DNA of 64,000 bases from positions 1-64,000 of IMG/VR virus record IMGVR_UViG_3300048861_000079; one strand, 5' to 3'. A program made the translations under genes and the position numbers. Source of the DNA: a virus. Lineage: Duplodnaviria; Caudoviricetes. Positions 63,971 to 64,000 of the stretch are shown here, piece after piece. Under the pieces are notes generated by a model. That model did no database searches. It had not been told where the DNA came from and saw nothing but the letters and a program-made list of their open reading frames with translations. How positions within the stretch are numbered: the stretch's first letter is position 1; every line of letters begins with the position of its first letter.

Positions 63971-64000
63971 TGCAGCAGATCCAGTATCGCAACTACCAGG
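63970..64000 (+). CDS. Start of the next ORF (truncated by window)
   Basis: TGATG overlap; MQQIQYRNYQ. Confidence 0.5.
   Translation, partial: MQQIQYRNYQ

Larger units (their letters stand above)
1..64000. mobile_element. Tailed (siphovirus-type) phage-plasmid, SSU5/pHCM2-like gene content, RepC replicon; partial
   Basis: Terminase, portal, capsid, tail and lysis modules occur together with parA/RHH partition genes and repC; no host housekeeping genes; no integrase in window. Confidence 0.88.

Noticed and set aside
1-64000. Integrase/att site, protelomerase/telRL, IS, group II intron, DGR or retron
   Set aside because: No tyrosine or serine recombinase, transposase or reverse-transcriptase motifs; no long perfect telomere-type palindrome; no tRNA 3'-end duplication seen in this window.

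Overview
The window is 64 kb of a GC-rich tailed phage-plasmid, probably from a Rhizobiaceae-type alphaproteobacterium (RepC initiator with ctRNA, DUF982). Its gene content resembles SSU5/pHCM2-type phage-plasmids. From left to right: an SGNH-esterase multidomain gene; small rhizobial-type ORFs; an unusual 3.6-8.1 kb region of skewed composition; two tRNAs; an Acb2-like gene and an HslV-like peptidase; type Ib parA plus an RHH partner; dNMP kinase; SF2 helicase; a ParB-ParB-ABC ATPase-Tad2-HAD-Mom-like GNAT cluster next to the terminase; a complete siphovirus head/tail module with lambda-like M/L/K/I/J tip; lysis genes; a metallophosphoesterase; a side tail fibre; PhoH, helicase, primase and ligase; RHH-ctRNA-repC; an XRE regulator; and CobT/CobS-like VWA/AAA+ genes. 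No integrase, protelomerase, CRISPR array or IS was seen. The standout signal is a 741-bp island (7138-7878) with no GG or CC dinucleotide. It holds a whole gene (195 aa, no Gly, Pro or Trp) plus its leader, Shine-Dalgarno region and downstream hairpin. That gene is a paralog of a normally encoded gene facing it (4792-5655), and a neighbouring gene lacks CC on one strand only. About 22 copies or variants of a palindromic operator, a dispersed 8-bp centromere-like repeat and three bipartite inverted-arm sites were also found. All family assignments come from motif recognition by eye; no searches were run.
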